DNA of 64,000 nt, taken from positions 1 through 64,000 of IMG/VR virus record IMGVR_UViG_2600255075_000001; one strand, 5' to 3'. Numbering within the stretch: the first letter of the stretch is position 1; every line of letters starts with the position of its first letter. Position numbers and translations under genes: made by a program. The notes below the pieces were generated by a model. The model was not told where the DNA came from, made no database searches, and saw nothing but the letters and a program-made list of their open reading frames with translations. This DNA comes from a virus. Its lineage: Duplodnaviria; Caudoviricetes. Below, one piece after another: positions 40,374 to 48,666 of the stretch.

Positions 40374-41600
40374 TTATTGATTTAAGGCATTCACAAAATC
40401 TAAAGCTTCTTTAAGTTTTTCTGTATCATCCGATTTTAGAAAATTAACCACTCCGAGCAGTTCTTTCATTTTAGGCGCCACGATATCACTCTTGACCTCG
40501 TTGGCAATATCCTTCAAGGCATTTTTCAGTTCATTATGATAGTCTTCAGCAGTTTTCTCATCTTCATCTTTCAAACTGTCGATCATGTCTTCGGAAAATC
40601 GCTTAGCTTTCTCTTCCAACACTTCAATTTCTTTCTTACGGATATCTTCAAAGGAATCACCTTCGTCAAGTTGTCCTTCAATTGCCTCTTTAAACACCCT
40701 TACATATGTATCAATTCCATACAACTCTTTTTCTGGCAACACTTTAAAGCGTCCACCGGCGATACCAATATAACTAGATTCTCTAAAGTACATATAAGTT
40801 TGTGATTCATGAAACTTCGTAGCAATCTCTTTGCCATTTTTGTTTTCTAGGTTTTTATTTAATTCATTTCCTTCTTTATCTAAAGCTGTAACTTCATTGT
40901 GTAGGCAACAAATTAGATCTGCTTGCGACTGGAATACTTTACGGCAAGTAGTATTCATCATTAGCTCGATTGAGTTATATTTCACGCCATTGACGAGTTC
41001 TGTTGTTTTTTCTTTTGTCCAAGCTAAAAAAATCAAACCGTAGCCTGCAGCCCTTAATGTATCAATTGGGCGTTTAAGCTCGTCATATAGATTATTCCAT
41101 ACATTATCTTTATAAATCTTCGATTCTGATAATTCTTGAATTGATGTGAAATTATTTCCGGGATACTTGTTATTCGCATTAACGATGATATAAGCAGAAG
41201 CGCAATCAATCATTCTGTCAACAGTGTCGAATCCTACCACTTTAGAAATACGAGAAACCTTTGATTCCTGTACTAGCCCAGTTACTATTTCTTGTTTGAA
41301 ATAAATCCACCTGTCTGAATCCATCTCAATATCGGTCTTTATTTTTATCTTACCATTTTTAATTTTTTCTTCTTCTTTTTTATATTCCACCAAATCGATT
41401 TTCGATTTCAGTTTCCACGTTTTATACCCAGGTTCCCAAGCTACAAGCAGTCCTGCTTCTGGTTCGTTAGGGAAAAAGTATTCAATGATTTCCTTCCACC
41501 AACGAGTCTTGCCTGATTTATAATTTCCAGCCGTTAATAAGATATAGGATTGTAAGTCTACCTTTGGAATATTCGCCGTAACGAGATTTCGAAAAGACAA
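40374..41600 (-). CDS. AAA-family ATPase (YorG/Sak4-like)
   Basis: Walker A GNYKSGKT, WEPGY, GFDTVD, AGGRF. Confidence 0.8.
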   Translation of the reverse strand: MSFRNLVTANIPKVDLQSYILLTAGNYKSGKTRWWKEIIEYFFPNEPEAGLLVAWEPGYKTWKLKSKIDLVEYKKEEEKIKNGKIKIKTDIEMDSDRWIYFKQEIVTGLVQESKVSRISKVVGFDTVDRMIDCASAYIIVNANNKYPGNNFTSIQELSESKIYKDNVWNNLYDELKRPIDTLRAAGYGLIFLAWTKEKTTELVNGVKYNSIELMMNTTCRKVFQSQADLICCLHNEVTALDKEGNELNKNLENKNGKEIATKFHESQTYMYFRESSYIGIAGGRFKVLPEKELYGIDTYVRVFKEAIEGQLDEGDSFEDIRKKEIEVLEEKAKRFSEDMIDSLKDEDEKTAEDYHNELKNALKDIANEVKSDIVAPKMKELLGVVNFLKSDDTEKLKEALDFVNALNQ

Positions 41601-41659
41601 TTAGTTATTCTCCTTTGTTTTTTCTATTTCTAGACTTTAGTTTAATGTTTTACTTCTAA

Positions 41660-42802
41660 TCAGAATGGCAAATCATCATCTGAAAAATCAATGGGATGAG
41701 CGTTATCGTCGAATGGATCTTTCTTATTTTCCGTCTTAAGAGGATCTTCTTGGGTTGTCGAGACTGATTTTACAAGTTCTGCTTCTGTTAAATATTCACG
41801 AATTAATGACCCTGCAACATAACCTGTAATTTCCAGTCCCTTCTTTGCTCCATTCGTAACTTTTTCATAACTAACTTGCTTATTAGATTCATCTACATCC
41901 GCAAAGGGATCGTTGTCATCTAATTTTTCTTTAATTGGAAGCCAAGTAAATGTAGCTCGATTATTATCTTGACCTGTAACTTCAATAAAGTCGAACTCGT
42001 CAAGCGATTCAAACGCATCGGCGAGCGGTTTCTTGCCTTCTGAAGCCTCTTGTTGATATACAATCAAATGTACATTTTTGGGTTCAGAACTTGTTTTACC
42101 GTATGTAAGAAATACTCCATTTACATTTGTCATTCCTTTTTCTTTATCGGCGTATGTGCTTCTGATACCGATTTGCATTTTAAAATTATTTACTTCTACA
42201 AAATCGGGCGATTTTAAATCGCAGATGTATGGGATATCTACTTTATTTACCTGAATTGCTCGGAGCTCATCTCCAATTTTGACTTTTCCATCAATAATGG
42301 GATTAATATAGCTAGGGATTCTTGAAACTCCTTTAATTTCATTATCTCTTTCATCAGTGAACTCATATGGATTGTGTTTTCCTTTAACCTCGATCCAAGC
42401 ATCTGTATAGATGAGCTCTTTAAATTTATCAATTTTATCCCACTCAGAATCAATGTAATGATATGTATCGTCAGGATACTTTGCTTTGTCAAACCGATCT
42501 TCCCACGAAAGTTTAACTGACTTCTTTTTTGAACTACTGTAAGGATAAACAAACGGCATTTCTCTACCCGATAACTTTACCTTGAGATCGTTACTCTCAG
42601 CAGTCTCAATAATGAATTCAAGAATTTTCTTAATCTTTCCATTATCATCAGTCTCTTCTCGATAATACGGAACATCAACCCAATTATCTGTACCGTTCTC
42701 TTGGTTTCTTACCGGCTTTACTTTTCCAACAAAGTGACAACTACTAGTAAATTCTTTACCTCCATGATCTTTATTAGTTTTTACTATCGATTTATCGGTC
42801 AT
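41660..42802 (-). CDS. YorF-like single-stranded-DNA-binding protein
   Basis: Acidic C-terminal tail DFSDDDLPF; upstream of the YorG-like ATPase. Confidence 0.7.
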   Translation of the reverse strand: MTDKSIVKTNKDHGGKEFTSSCHFVGKVKPVRNQENGTDNWVDVPYYREETDDNGKIKKILEFIIETAESNDLKVKLSGREMPFVYPYSSSKKKSVKLSWEDRFDKAKYPDDTYHYIDSEWDKIDKFKELIYTDAWIEVKGKHNPYEFTDERDNEIKGVSRIPSYINPIIDGKVKIGDELRAIQVNKVDIPYICDLKSPDFVEVNNFKMQIGIRSTYADKEKGMTNVNGVFLTYGKTSSEPKNVHLIVYQQEASEGKKPLADAFESLDEFDFIEVTGQDNNRATFTWLPIKEKLDDNDPFADVDESNKQVSYEKVTNGAKKGLEITGYVAGSLIREYLTEAELVKSVSTTQEDPLKTENKKDPFDDNAHPIDFSDDDLPF

Positions 42803-42937
42803 TTAAAAATATCATTCTCCTTTTATATTAATTTCTTTTACTTTATATGTGCATTTCACTATAAAATTCTTCTTTTATTGCTGCTCTCTTCTCCTTTCTC
42901 AGAGTATCTATATAATCACCATATGGTGTTATTTTAG

Positions 42938-43011
42938 TGGGCCCTGGGGGACTCGAACCCCCGACCAATCGGTTATGAGCCGACCGCTCTAACCAACTGA
43001 GCTAAGGGCCC
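42938..43011 (-). tRNA. tRNA with CAU anticodon, Ile2 (lysidine) type; CCA not encoded
   Basis: GGGCCCTTAGCTCAGTTGGTTAGAGCGGTCGGCTCATAACCGATTGGTCGGGGGTTCGAGTCCCCCAGGGCCCA followed by CTA; resembles Firmicute tRNA-Ile2. Confidence 0.92.
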
Positions 43012-43022
43012 TTACAATTCCA

Positions 43023-43051
43023 ATATTATATCCTTTTGTTTTTATTGTCAA
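43023..43051 (-). promoter_or_regulatory. SigA promoter for the tRNA
   Basis: TTGACA-N17-TAATAT. Confidence 0.7.
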
Positions 43052-43089
43052 CATTTATTTTTATCTTCTTACCCGGGAGTTAATGAAAC

Positions 43090-43554
43090 TCACATTTTAT
43101 CCGCTCTTTGAGTTTTAAACCCTTCGTATCTAGGCAAATATAAGCAATGTAATATTGACTCAATTAAATTTAAAGTAAAGACGCCCAGTTTCGCATCTAT
43201 TTCTATGTCAATTCGATCAACATTGTTTTTAATCCAATCTCCTACTGTTGAACTTGAAAGTGAGTAGAACTCCATTGCCGGATCTAAAATAATTGACTTC
43301 GCGAGATTACTCTGTGAACTCTCCGGATTATAGTGCTGACTATAAAATCTAGCCTTGCTATTGCTTCCTGCTTTCCCTATTTTTAAATAATCTCCATTAA
43401 AGCTAAAAGTATAAACATACATCTTGCCTTGTTTAAAGGTACATTTATGCGGTCTTCCTCTGTTTACTATAGCTATCTGTTCATCGGTTGGATATATATT
43501 GACCTCGTTCAACATCTTATATAAAAGCTGCTTAACATCTTTGTTCATATCCAC
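43090..43554 (-). CDS. GIY-YIG-like protein
   Basis: YVYTF....YLKIGKA.....RF..H and late E motif. Confidence 0.6.
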   Translation of the reverse strand: MDMNKDVKQLLYKMLNEVNIYPTDEQIAIVNRGRPHKCTFKQGKMYVYTFSFNGDYLKIGKAGSNSKARFYSQHYNPESSQSNLAKSIILDPAMEFYSLSSSTVGDWIKNNVDRIDIEIDAKLGVFTLNLIESILHCLYLPRYEGFKTQRADKM

Positions 43555-43592
43555 GAACGATCACTTCCTATAAAAGATTCGTTTTATTAGAT

Positions 43593-43775
43593 TTACTCAA
43601 CCAAATGCCATTTCTGATTTATATATCCATATTTAAATTCATCAGTGGGATACCATGACTTTCCATCATCTATAGAATCAACAAGTTGATCCCCTTTCTT
43701 TTTAAATAAGATCCCGTAATCATCTCGTACTGTATGACCTATTTCCATCATTCTGAACGCCTCAAATATGCTCAC
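43593..43775 (-). CDS. Hypothetical protein
   Basis: ORF between palindromes 43570 and 43795 (near-match). Confidence 0.6.
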   Translation of the reverse strand: MSIFEAFRMMEIGHTVRDDYGILFKKKGDQLVDSIDDGKSWYPTDEFKYGYINQKWHLVE

Positions 43776-43808
43776 TTCTTATCTCCCATTCCTCATAAAA
43801 GGCTAATT

Positions 43809-44171
43809 TTAACTAGATATGTTTTTAACACTGAAAGTACTGAAATATTTTAATTCCAAACCAACTACTTTCAATTCGTCGGCATATACTTCAGATTTAT
43901 TACCTTCAACAACAATACTAAATTCTATGTTTGAACCATCGAATTCTAAGCGTGTGACTTTATATTTTTTCTCAAGTATCTTTCTGATTTTTGGCTTTAA
44001 TACACACCCTAAACAATGCGTTTCCCCTTTTACGGTTTTCCACCCGCTTTTTTTTGCCCATTTCAGACAGGATTTCTTATTATAAAATTGTGAAACGCCC
44101 CAATCCGTACTTGCCCAACAACCACACGAATCGCAATTCATGTCATATAAAGCTACTACTTTCATTGTCAC
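43809..44171 (-). CDS. Hypothetical Zn-binding protein
   Basis: CDSC...GW......HCLGC. Confidence 0.6.
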   Translation of the reverse strand: MTMKVVALYDMNCDSCGCWASTDWGVSQFYNKKSCLKWAKKSGWKTVKGETHCLGCVLKPKIRKILEKKYKVTRLEFDGSNIEFSIVVEGNKSEVYADELKVVGLELKYFSTFSVKNISS

Positions 44172-44191
44172 CGCCCTTTCTCATAAAAGAC

Positions 44192-44476
44192 TCATTTTAT
44201 TTGCTCAATAATTGCTTCCATTTCATTAATGTTATGTTCTAAAATACTTTTCAGTTTATCTAATGATTCATTCTTTGCTTCATTAATATCCTTACTCTTT
44301 AGCTCTATTTTATCTAAATCGAGATATCTCGAACTTAGCAGCCACATGTCAGAACCATAATGAATATGTCTGTGAACCATAATATCAGCCTTATTAATAA
44401 CTGCGGTCCAAGATCTAGGCTCTGTGTCCTTTCTTTTTCTTTGACTATAAGATGTAGTGTCTTTCCATGTAATCAT
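44192..44476 (-). CDS. Hypothetical protein
   Basis: ORF between palindromes 44183 and 44497; AGGAGGAG RBS. Confidence 0.7.
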   Translation of the reverse strand: MITWKDTTSYSQRKRKDTEPRSWTAVINKADIMVHRHIHYGSDMWLLSSRYLDLDKIELKSKDINEAKNESLDKLKSILEHNINEMEAIIEQIK

Positions 44477-44549
44477 ATGTTTCTCCTCCTTATCCGATAA
44501 AAGAATTGTTTTATCGTGTTTCTCCTGTATAAGGTTATTACTGCTCAGC

Positions 44550-45203
44550 TTAACATAATTTAGGAGATCTAGTTAGCACAGAGTTTAATTGTTTGTTTTT
44601 AGTAATAACGATTGGTAATACACATTCTTCTACTAAATCAACCATAAACCTATTTGTTTCTGAATCACTCTCCAAACTTTTATTTGTAATGATAAAATTG
44701 TTAAGCTCATCTTCTAATCTCTTTCCCCAATTGATACAATTATGCAAATGCGTTTTCCCATTGCTACCATATTCATTATTATCAATTGACGTAATCGTTT
44801 TATCGTTCCAGTATCCATAAGGTGTGATATATGGGAAAAGCCATCCGTCATTTTTATTTTTTTCATACCAATTGTTGAGATATTTTAATAAAAGGACAAC
44901 ATCAATCCCTAACTCTTTTTTCGTTATCAATGTTAATCTTTTTAACTTTAAATTATCTAAACTAATTTCAAGTACGTTCTCATACTCCCTCATAAAAGAA
45001 TGGTAGTCTGACTCATACGTAGAAATAAAATCATCAATTTCGAAAATTAATTCTTCTACCTGTTCTTCGGCATCATCATATGAAAGGCTGTTTATTCTAT
45101 CAACAATTTCATTTCGATCTTCTTCTTGATCATTTATTATTTTGTCCCAGAAGGTCATTGAACGTTTATTTACACTTTTCTTCCTCATCTTCACATTTTT
45201 CAT
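44550..45203 (-). CDS. Hypothetical protein
   Basis: ORF between palindromes 44497 and 45220. Confidence 0.7.
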   Translation of the reverse strand: MKNVKMRKKSVNKRSMTFWDKIINDQEEDRNEIVDRINSLSYDDAEEQVEELIFEIDDFISTYESDYHSFMREYENVLEISLDNLKLKRLTLITKKELGIDVVLLLKYLNNWYEKNKNDGWLFPYITPYGYWNDKTITSIDNNEYGSNGKTHLHNCINWGKRLEDELNNFIITNKSLESDSETNRFMVDLVEECVLPIVITKNKQLNSVLTRSPKLC

Positions 45204-45242
45204 TAGCTAATCACTTCCCATAAAAGTATTATTTCATCTAAA

Positions 45243-45656
45243 TTAACTTATAGAAAGATCTCTAAATAACATTTTAATCAACTCATAATATAATGCGAAA
45301 GCAGCCGAAAGAACAGCAAATCCCAATCCCCAAAATAATACTATTGCAACAAAATACCAATATGACAACTTCAAGTTCATGCGTTTGGGCGAAGCTACAT
45401 ATACCATTCCACCAATAATCAATAGTGTTATGGTGATCAAAAAAGTAGATAATAATAATAGCGCAGCAACGCCCCACAATTCTAATTTCAACAATTTACC
45501 AATGGCGAAGTTGGAGTAAAAATAAACTCCAGAGACACCAAAAATGGTAAAGATCCCACTAATGATCCCTAGTTTTGTGCTTGCGGGACCATCTTTAAAT
45601 TCTTTCCAAAGTTCAGTCGCAAAGTTAATCTTTCCTTCACTCACTCTTAGCGCCAT
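45243..45656 (-). CDS. Membrane protein (about 3 TM)
   Basis: Hydrophobic segments; between palindromes 45220 and 45666. Confidence 0.7.
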   Translation of the reverse strand: MALRVSEGKINFATELWKEFKDGPASTKLGIISGIFTIFGVSGVYFYSNFAIGKLLKLELWGVAALLLLSTFLITITLLIIGGMVYVASPKRMNLKLSYWYFVAIVLFWGLGFAVLSAAFALYYELIKMLFRDLSIS

Positions 45657-45679
45657 CCATTTCCCATAAAATATTTGTT

Positions 45680-46069
45680 TTATTGTCTTTTGTACATTAA
45701 GACGCTCGAAGCCTTATTATCATAATAGAACTTCATATTTCGAGAGTCATCTTTAGACAGCGGTATAAGATGTATTTCAGCCCTGTGTTCATAATCTTTC
45801 TTTTTTAGAGTCCAATCTAGATTGTAATTCACAAAATCATAACCATCGCAGAGTACACATACATCTATGTCACTATCAATATGTGCGCGCCCTGTCACTT
45901 GAGATCCAATAATTAAGACTTCGTCTACAAAATCAAAACTTGCAAGATAATCCGTAAACTTCTTCAAATTGAACCCCTCAGTTGTATTCACTGTCTGTAT
46001 CTCCTTCCGGAAAGTATCATTACTATTTGTAATCCCATAGCCTAACAGAATCCTGGTCAAACTCCTCAA
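45680..46069 (-). CDS. Minimal nucleotidyltransferase (MNT) domain protein
   Basis: VLIIGSQVTG....SDIDVCV. Confidence 0.8.
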   Translation of the reverse strand: MRSLTRILLGYGITNSNDTFRKEIQTVNTTEGFNLKKFTDYLASFDFVDEVLIIGSQVTGRAHIDSDIDVCVLCDGYDFVNYNLDWTLKKKDYEHRAEIHLIPLSKDDSRNMKFYYDNKASSVLMYKRQ

Positions 46070-46205
46070 CTACACCGTTGTACAATTTAATTTTAACCTT
46101 TGAAATAACATCTTTCGAAAATCCTTGGTATGAACCGGGGTGCTCCAGATAAACAACGCCGTTTCTTCCTTTTCCTGATACAATCACTTTATCATTAATT
46201 TTCAT
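46023..46205 (-). CDS. Hypothetical protein
   Basis: ORF with AGGAGG RBS. Confidence 0.6.
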   Translation of the reverse strand: MKINDKVIVSGKGRNGVVYLEHPGSYQGFSKDVISKVKIKLYNGVVEEFDQDSVRLWDYK

Positions 46206-46244
46206 AAGTCATCCTCCTAATGAAATTGTTGTTTTATCGGCCGC

Positions 46245-47024
46245 CTATTTTCTAAAAGTTCTTTCGTAGTCTTCAAAACGAATCTTACGAATCTGTTTTC
46301 TGTCTGCAGAGCGAGCAATTATACCTTCCGACTCTCCAATAGCATCAATGCCTACCTTTGTTTGCTCAAAGTTTCTCAAATATCGATAGGTCTCCTCTAA
46401 GGTAACTGGGAACTCTGATCCATACACTTCGTCCAGAAGTGGAGCCCATTCCAACCCATTCGCCTGAACAAATTTCCCCCTCTCTTCCTCGTTATAAAAA
46501 GGTTGATTTCCATGTTCGCGCCATTCAGCGATTTTTTCACTGGATAAAGATAGAAGGTTTTCAAGTTCATTCACGGTTAAGGAGAATACATCAAACACCT
46601 TATATGATTGCGTTTTACTGTCCGTATAATTCTTCGCTGCCTTTGTCTTACCGCCGTAAGATTCCTGATATACGACTGTCAATGCCCAATCCCCACTAGG
46701 AAAGTTATCTTCGACAAATCTTTCTGCCATTGGCTTAAGGAAATTTGCTATATTCCCATATGGATTTCCAATACGATCTCCCTTGGCATAAAGCAGTTCT
46801 TCTCTTGAGCCAATTAAATAGTCAATTTCATCAAATTGATTCCTAAAGAAAATAATACGTGAGTTCTCGCCATCTACTTTCTCATACACAAAAATTTTAT
46901 CTGAATCAGTTAGATACCCTCTTTCTTCTACTGCTTCTTCAGTTAGTTTTCCTCTTTCACCTAGTTTATGATATGTAAGGATGCTTGGATATTTCGTAAT
47001 CGAATTAATTTTTTTAAGATCCAC
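46245..47024 (-). CDS. RNA ligase (Rnl2-like ATP-dependent ligase)
   Basis: Motif I EKVDGEN, E.YG, FDV, EGII, KIR. Confidence 0.8.
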   Translation of the reverse strand: MDLKKINSITKYPSILTYHKLGERGKLTEEAVEERGYLTDSDKIFVYEKVDGENSRIIFFRNQFDEIDYLIGSREELLYAKGDRIGNPYGNIANFLKPMAERFVEDNFPSGDWALTVVYQESYGGKTKAAKNYTDSKTQSYKVFDVFSLTVNELENLLSLSSEKIAEWREHGNQPFYNEEERGKFVQANGLEWAPLLDEVYGSEFPVTLEETYRYLRNFEQTKVGIDAIGESEGIIARSADRKQIRKIRFEDYERTFRK

Positions 47025-47350
47025 TTATTAATTCCTCCAATGAAATTATCTTTTTATTAGATGGCACAATATAAATCGTATTGATATCATCTAATCGTAA
47101 TTTTTCGAAATCAAATTGTTCGTTCAAATTTTGCCATACATACTAATTCATCAGAGATCCAGAAAATTCCTTTCCCTTTTGATGTTCAAACCTCAGTTCC
47201 TGCAGGAATTTCTCTTTTTAACCTCCGAAATATAGACGACTTATGTATTGATCTTTGTGTTAAATATAATACTTCAAATGATTTTTGTCAATAACTTATA
47301 TACTTTTATTTTATAAATTTGTGAAGCTGCTCACCAGCTTCTAATTGTAC

Positions 47351-47560
47351 TTATACATGAAAAATTGAGGACTCCGGCTTCTCAGAGCGGTAATATTCTA
47401 ATTGAAGCAACATCTTATCTTCGGTTCGATAAAATTTAGCGTACGGCCTAGAACCGGCTAGGTTAGCTGCTGTTAGAACATTCATCACTTTGGTTTTTAA
47501 GCCAAAATAGATGTCGCAACCTTTATCGCTATAAACAAGACCAATCGTGTAATCGTTCAT
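47351..47560 (-). CDS. Small SOS-regulated hypothetical protein
   Basis: AAAAGGGGAG RBS; LexA box and extended -10 upstream. Confidence 0.65.
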   Translation of the reverse strand: MNDYTIGLVYSDKGCDIYFGLKTKVMNVLTAANLAGSRPYAKFYRTEDKMLLQLEYYRSEKPESSIFHV

Positions 47561-47622
47561 TATGAGCTCCCCTTTTGGTTATCCCGGTTGTCGTATTTAG
47601 GCTTATCATGCAGAAAAATATA

Positions 47623-47657
47623 AGAACATGAGTTCGCTTTTTTTCTCATTATACCAT
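47623..47657 (-). promoter_or_regulatory. LexA box plus extended -10 promoter
   Basis: AGAACATGAGTTCG at 47623-47636; TGGTATAAT on the minus strand at about 47648-47656. Confidence 0.75.
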
Positions 47658-47885
47658 GAGCAATAAACAAAGAATACAATAATTAGCCTTTAATTAGGGA
47701 AATATAATTTGCATTTTAACTTCCTCTTCTAAACTGTAAGATATATAACAATATGTCCGTTTGTCCATTCAATATCATTATATCTGTTAATAATGGTAAC
47801 ACCTTACATATTATATTGCATCATTAAAATATGGTCGTTTTTCTTCGAATTTTAATATTTACTTTTTTAAAATTACCATTTTATG

Positions 47886-47902
47886 TATCGAATAATGTCG
47901 AA
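47886..47902 (+). promoter_or_regulatory. Tandem Spo0A-box-like site
   Basis: TATCGAA-TAA-TGTCGAA; second copy is a perfect TGNCGAA. Confidence 0.45.
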
Positions 47903-47929
47903 ATAGCTGTAGACAACCTTTTGCTTAAC

Positions 47930-47960
47930 AAAAAATACCGCATTACTTCATGCGGTATTT
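47930..47960 (-). terminator. Terminator of the agr-like operon
   Basis: Stem aaataccgca/tgcggtattt with T-run on the minus strand just after the LytTR stop. Confidence 0.8.
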
Positions 47961-47963
47961 AAT

Positions 47964-48479
47964 CTAATGAAAGGTTGTCTTTTTAATGCCAATAGGCGAG
48001 TATTCAAACCTATCATTACAAACATCCATGTCTTTACTTAGGTGAGTTTTTAAAAAGTCTCTAATAACTCTATCCTGGATGCCTGCGACGAAAGGATGTT
48101 TAGTGTAATCGGCCTCAGTAAAATATATATTCCTCAACTTTGAGTCAAATTTTTTGATTTTCGGTATATTGATAGCTAGTCGCTTGTCTACAAACAGAAA
48201 TCCCTCTTCTTCCGAAATCATACCTATCAAATCTAAATGCTTATCGTGATATTTATAAGTCTTAGTTATAGTATGAACCATTGTTTCCTTACCCGGTTTA
48301 TCAACAAACAAAATATCATTGATATCTATCCATATCAGAGCATTATCCTCAACAGTCATAATCGTTCTGGGCTTATACTCACTATTCACTTTCTCCGCTA
48401 TCTCCAATACATCTGACTCGCAGAGCAAAGATCCAACTTTATTAAACAATGCCTCCCTAACGAATTTGATAATGGACAT
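47964..48479 (-). CDS. LytTR DNA-binding protein lacking a receiver domain
   Basis: IDINDILFV......VHT....Y...GFLFVDKRLAINIPKIKKFD is a LytTR pattern; start re-assigned to ATG 48479 behind AAGGTGA (171 aa). Confidence 0.82.
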   Translation of the reverse strand: MSIIKFVREALFNKVGSLLCESDVLEIAEKVNSEYKPRTIMTVEDNALIWIDINDILFVDKPGKETMVHTITKTYKYHDKHLDLIGMISEEEGFLFVDKRLAINIPKIKKFDSKLRNIYFTEADYTKHPFVAGIQDRVIRDFLKTHLSKDMDVCNDRFEYSPIGIKKTTFH

Positions 48480-48549
48480 ATTAATCACCTTTACTTTTTT
48501 AGTCCCCTTGATATTAGATACCAAGGGGCCAATTGGTTTTATAGCTTTT

Positions 48550-48666
48550 TCACTTTCTAACTTTTGGTTCATGGAACCAGATGTTAACTTTATCTACAGT
48601 ATTTTGCTCATTCTTTTTACCAATTTTCATGATTGCTTTCCCAAACCCTACGATAATTTTATTCAT
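48550..48666 (-). CDS. agrD: AgrD-like cyclic autoinducer propeptide (38 aa)
   Basis: Not in ORF track; AAAGGAGG RBS; MNKIIVGFGKAIMKIGKKNEQNTVDKVNIWFHEPKVRK = amphipathic leader, aromatic core, HEP + charged tail; inside the agrB operon. Confidence 0.78.
   Translation of the reverse strand: MNKIIVGFGKAIMKIGKKNEQNTVDKVNIWFHEPKVRK

Noticed and set aside
42938-43011. tRNA as prophage attachment site
   Set aside because: Phage-type genes continue on both sides and no duplicated tRNA 3' end was seen.
47964-48572. LytTR ORF start at 48572 as given in the ORF track
   Set aside because: It would overlap the agrD-like ORF and has no RBS; ATG 48479 has AAGGTGA.
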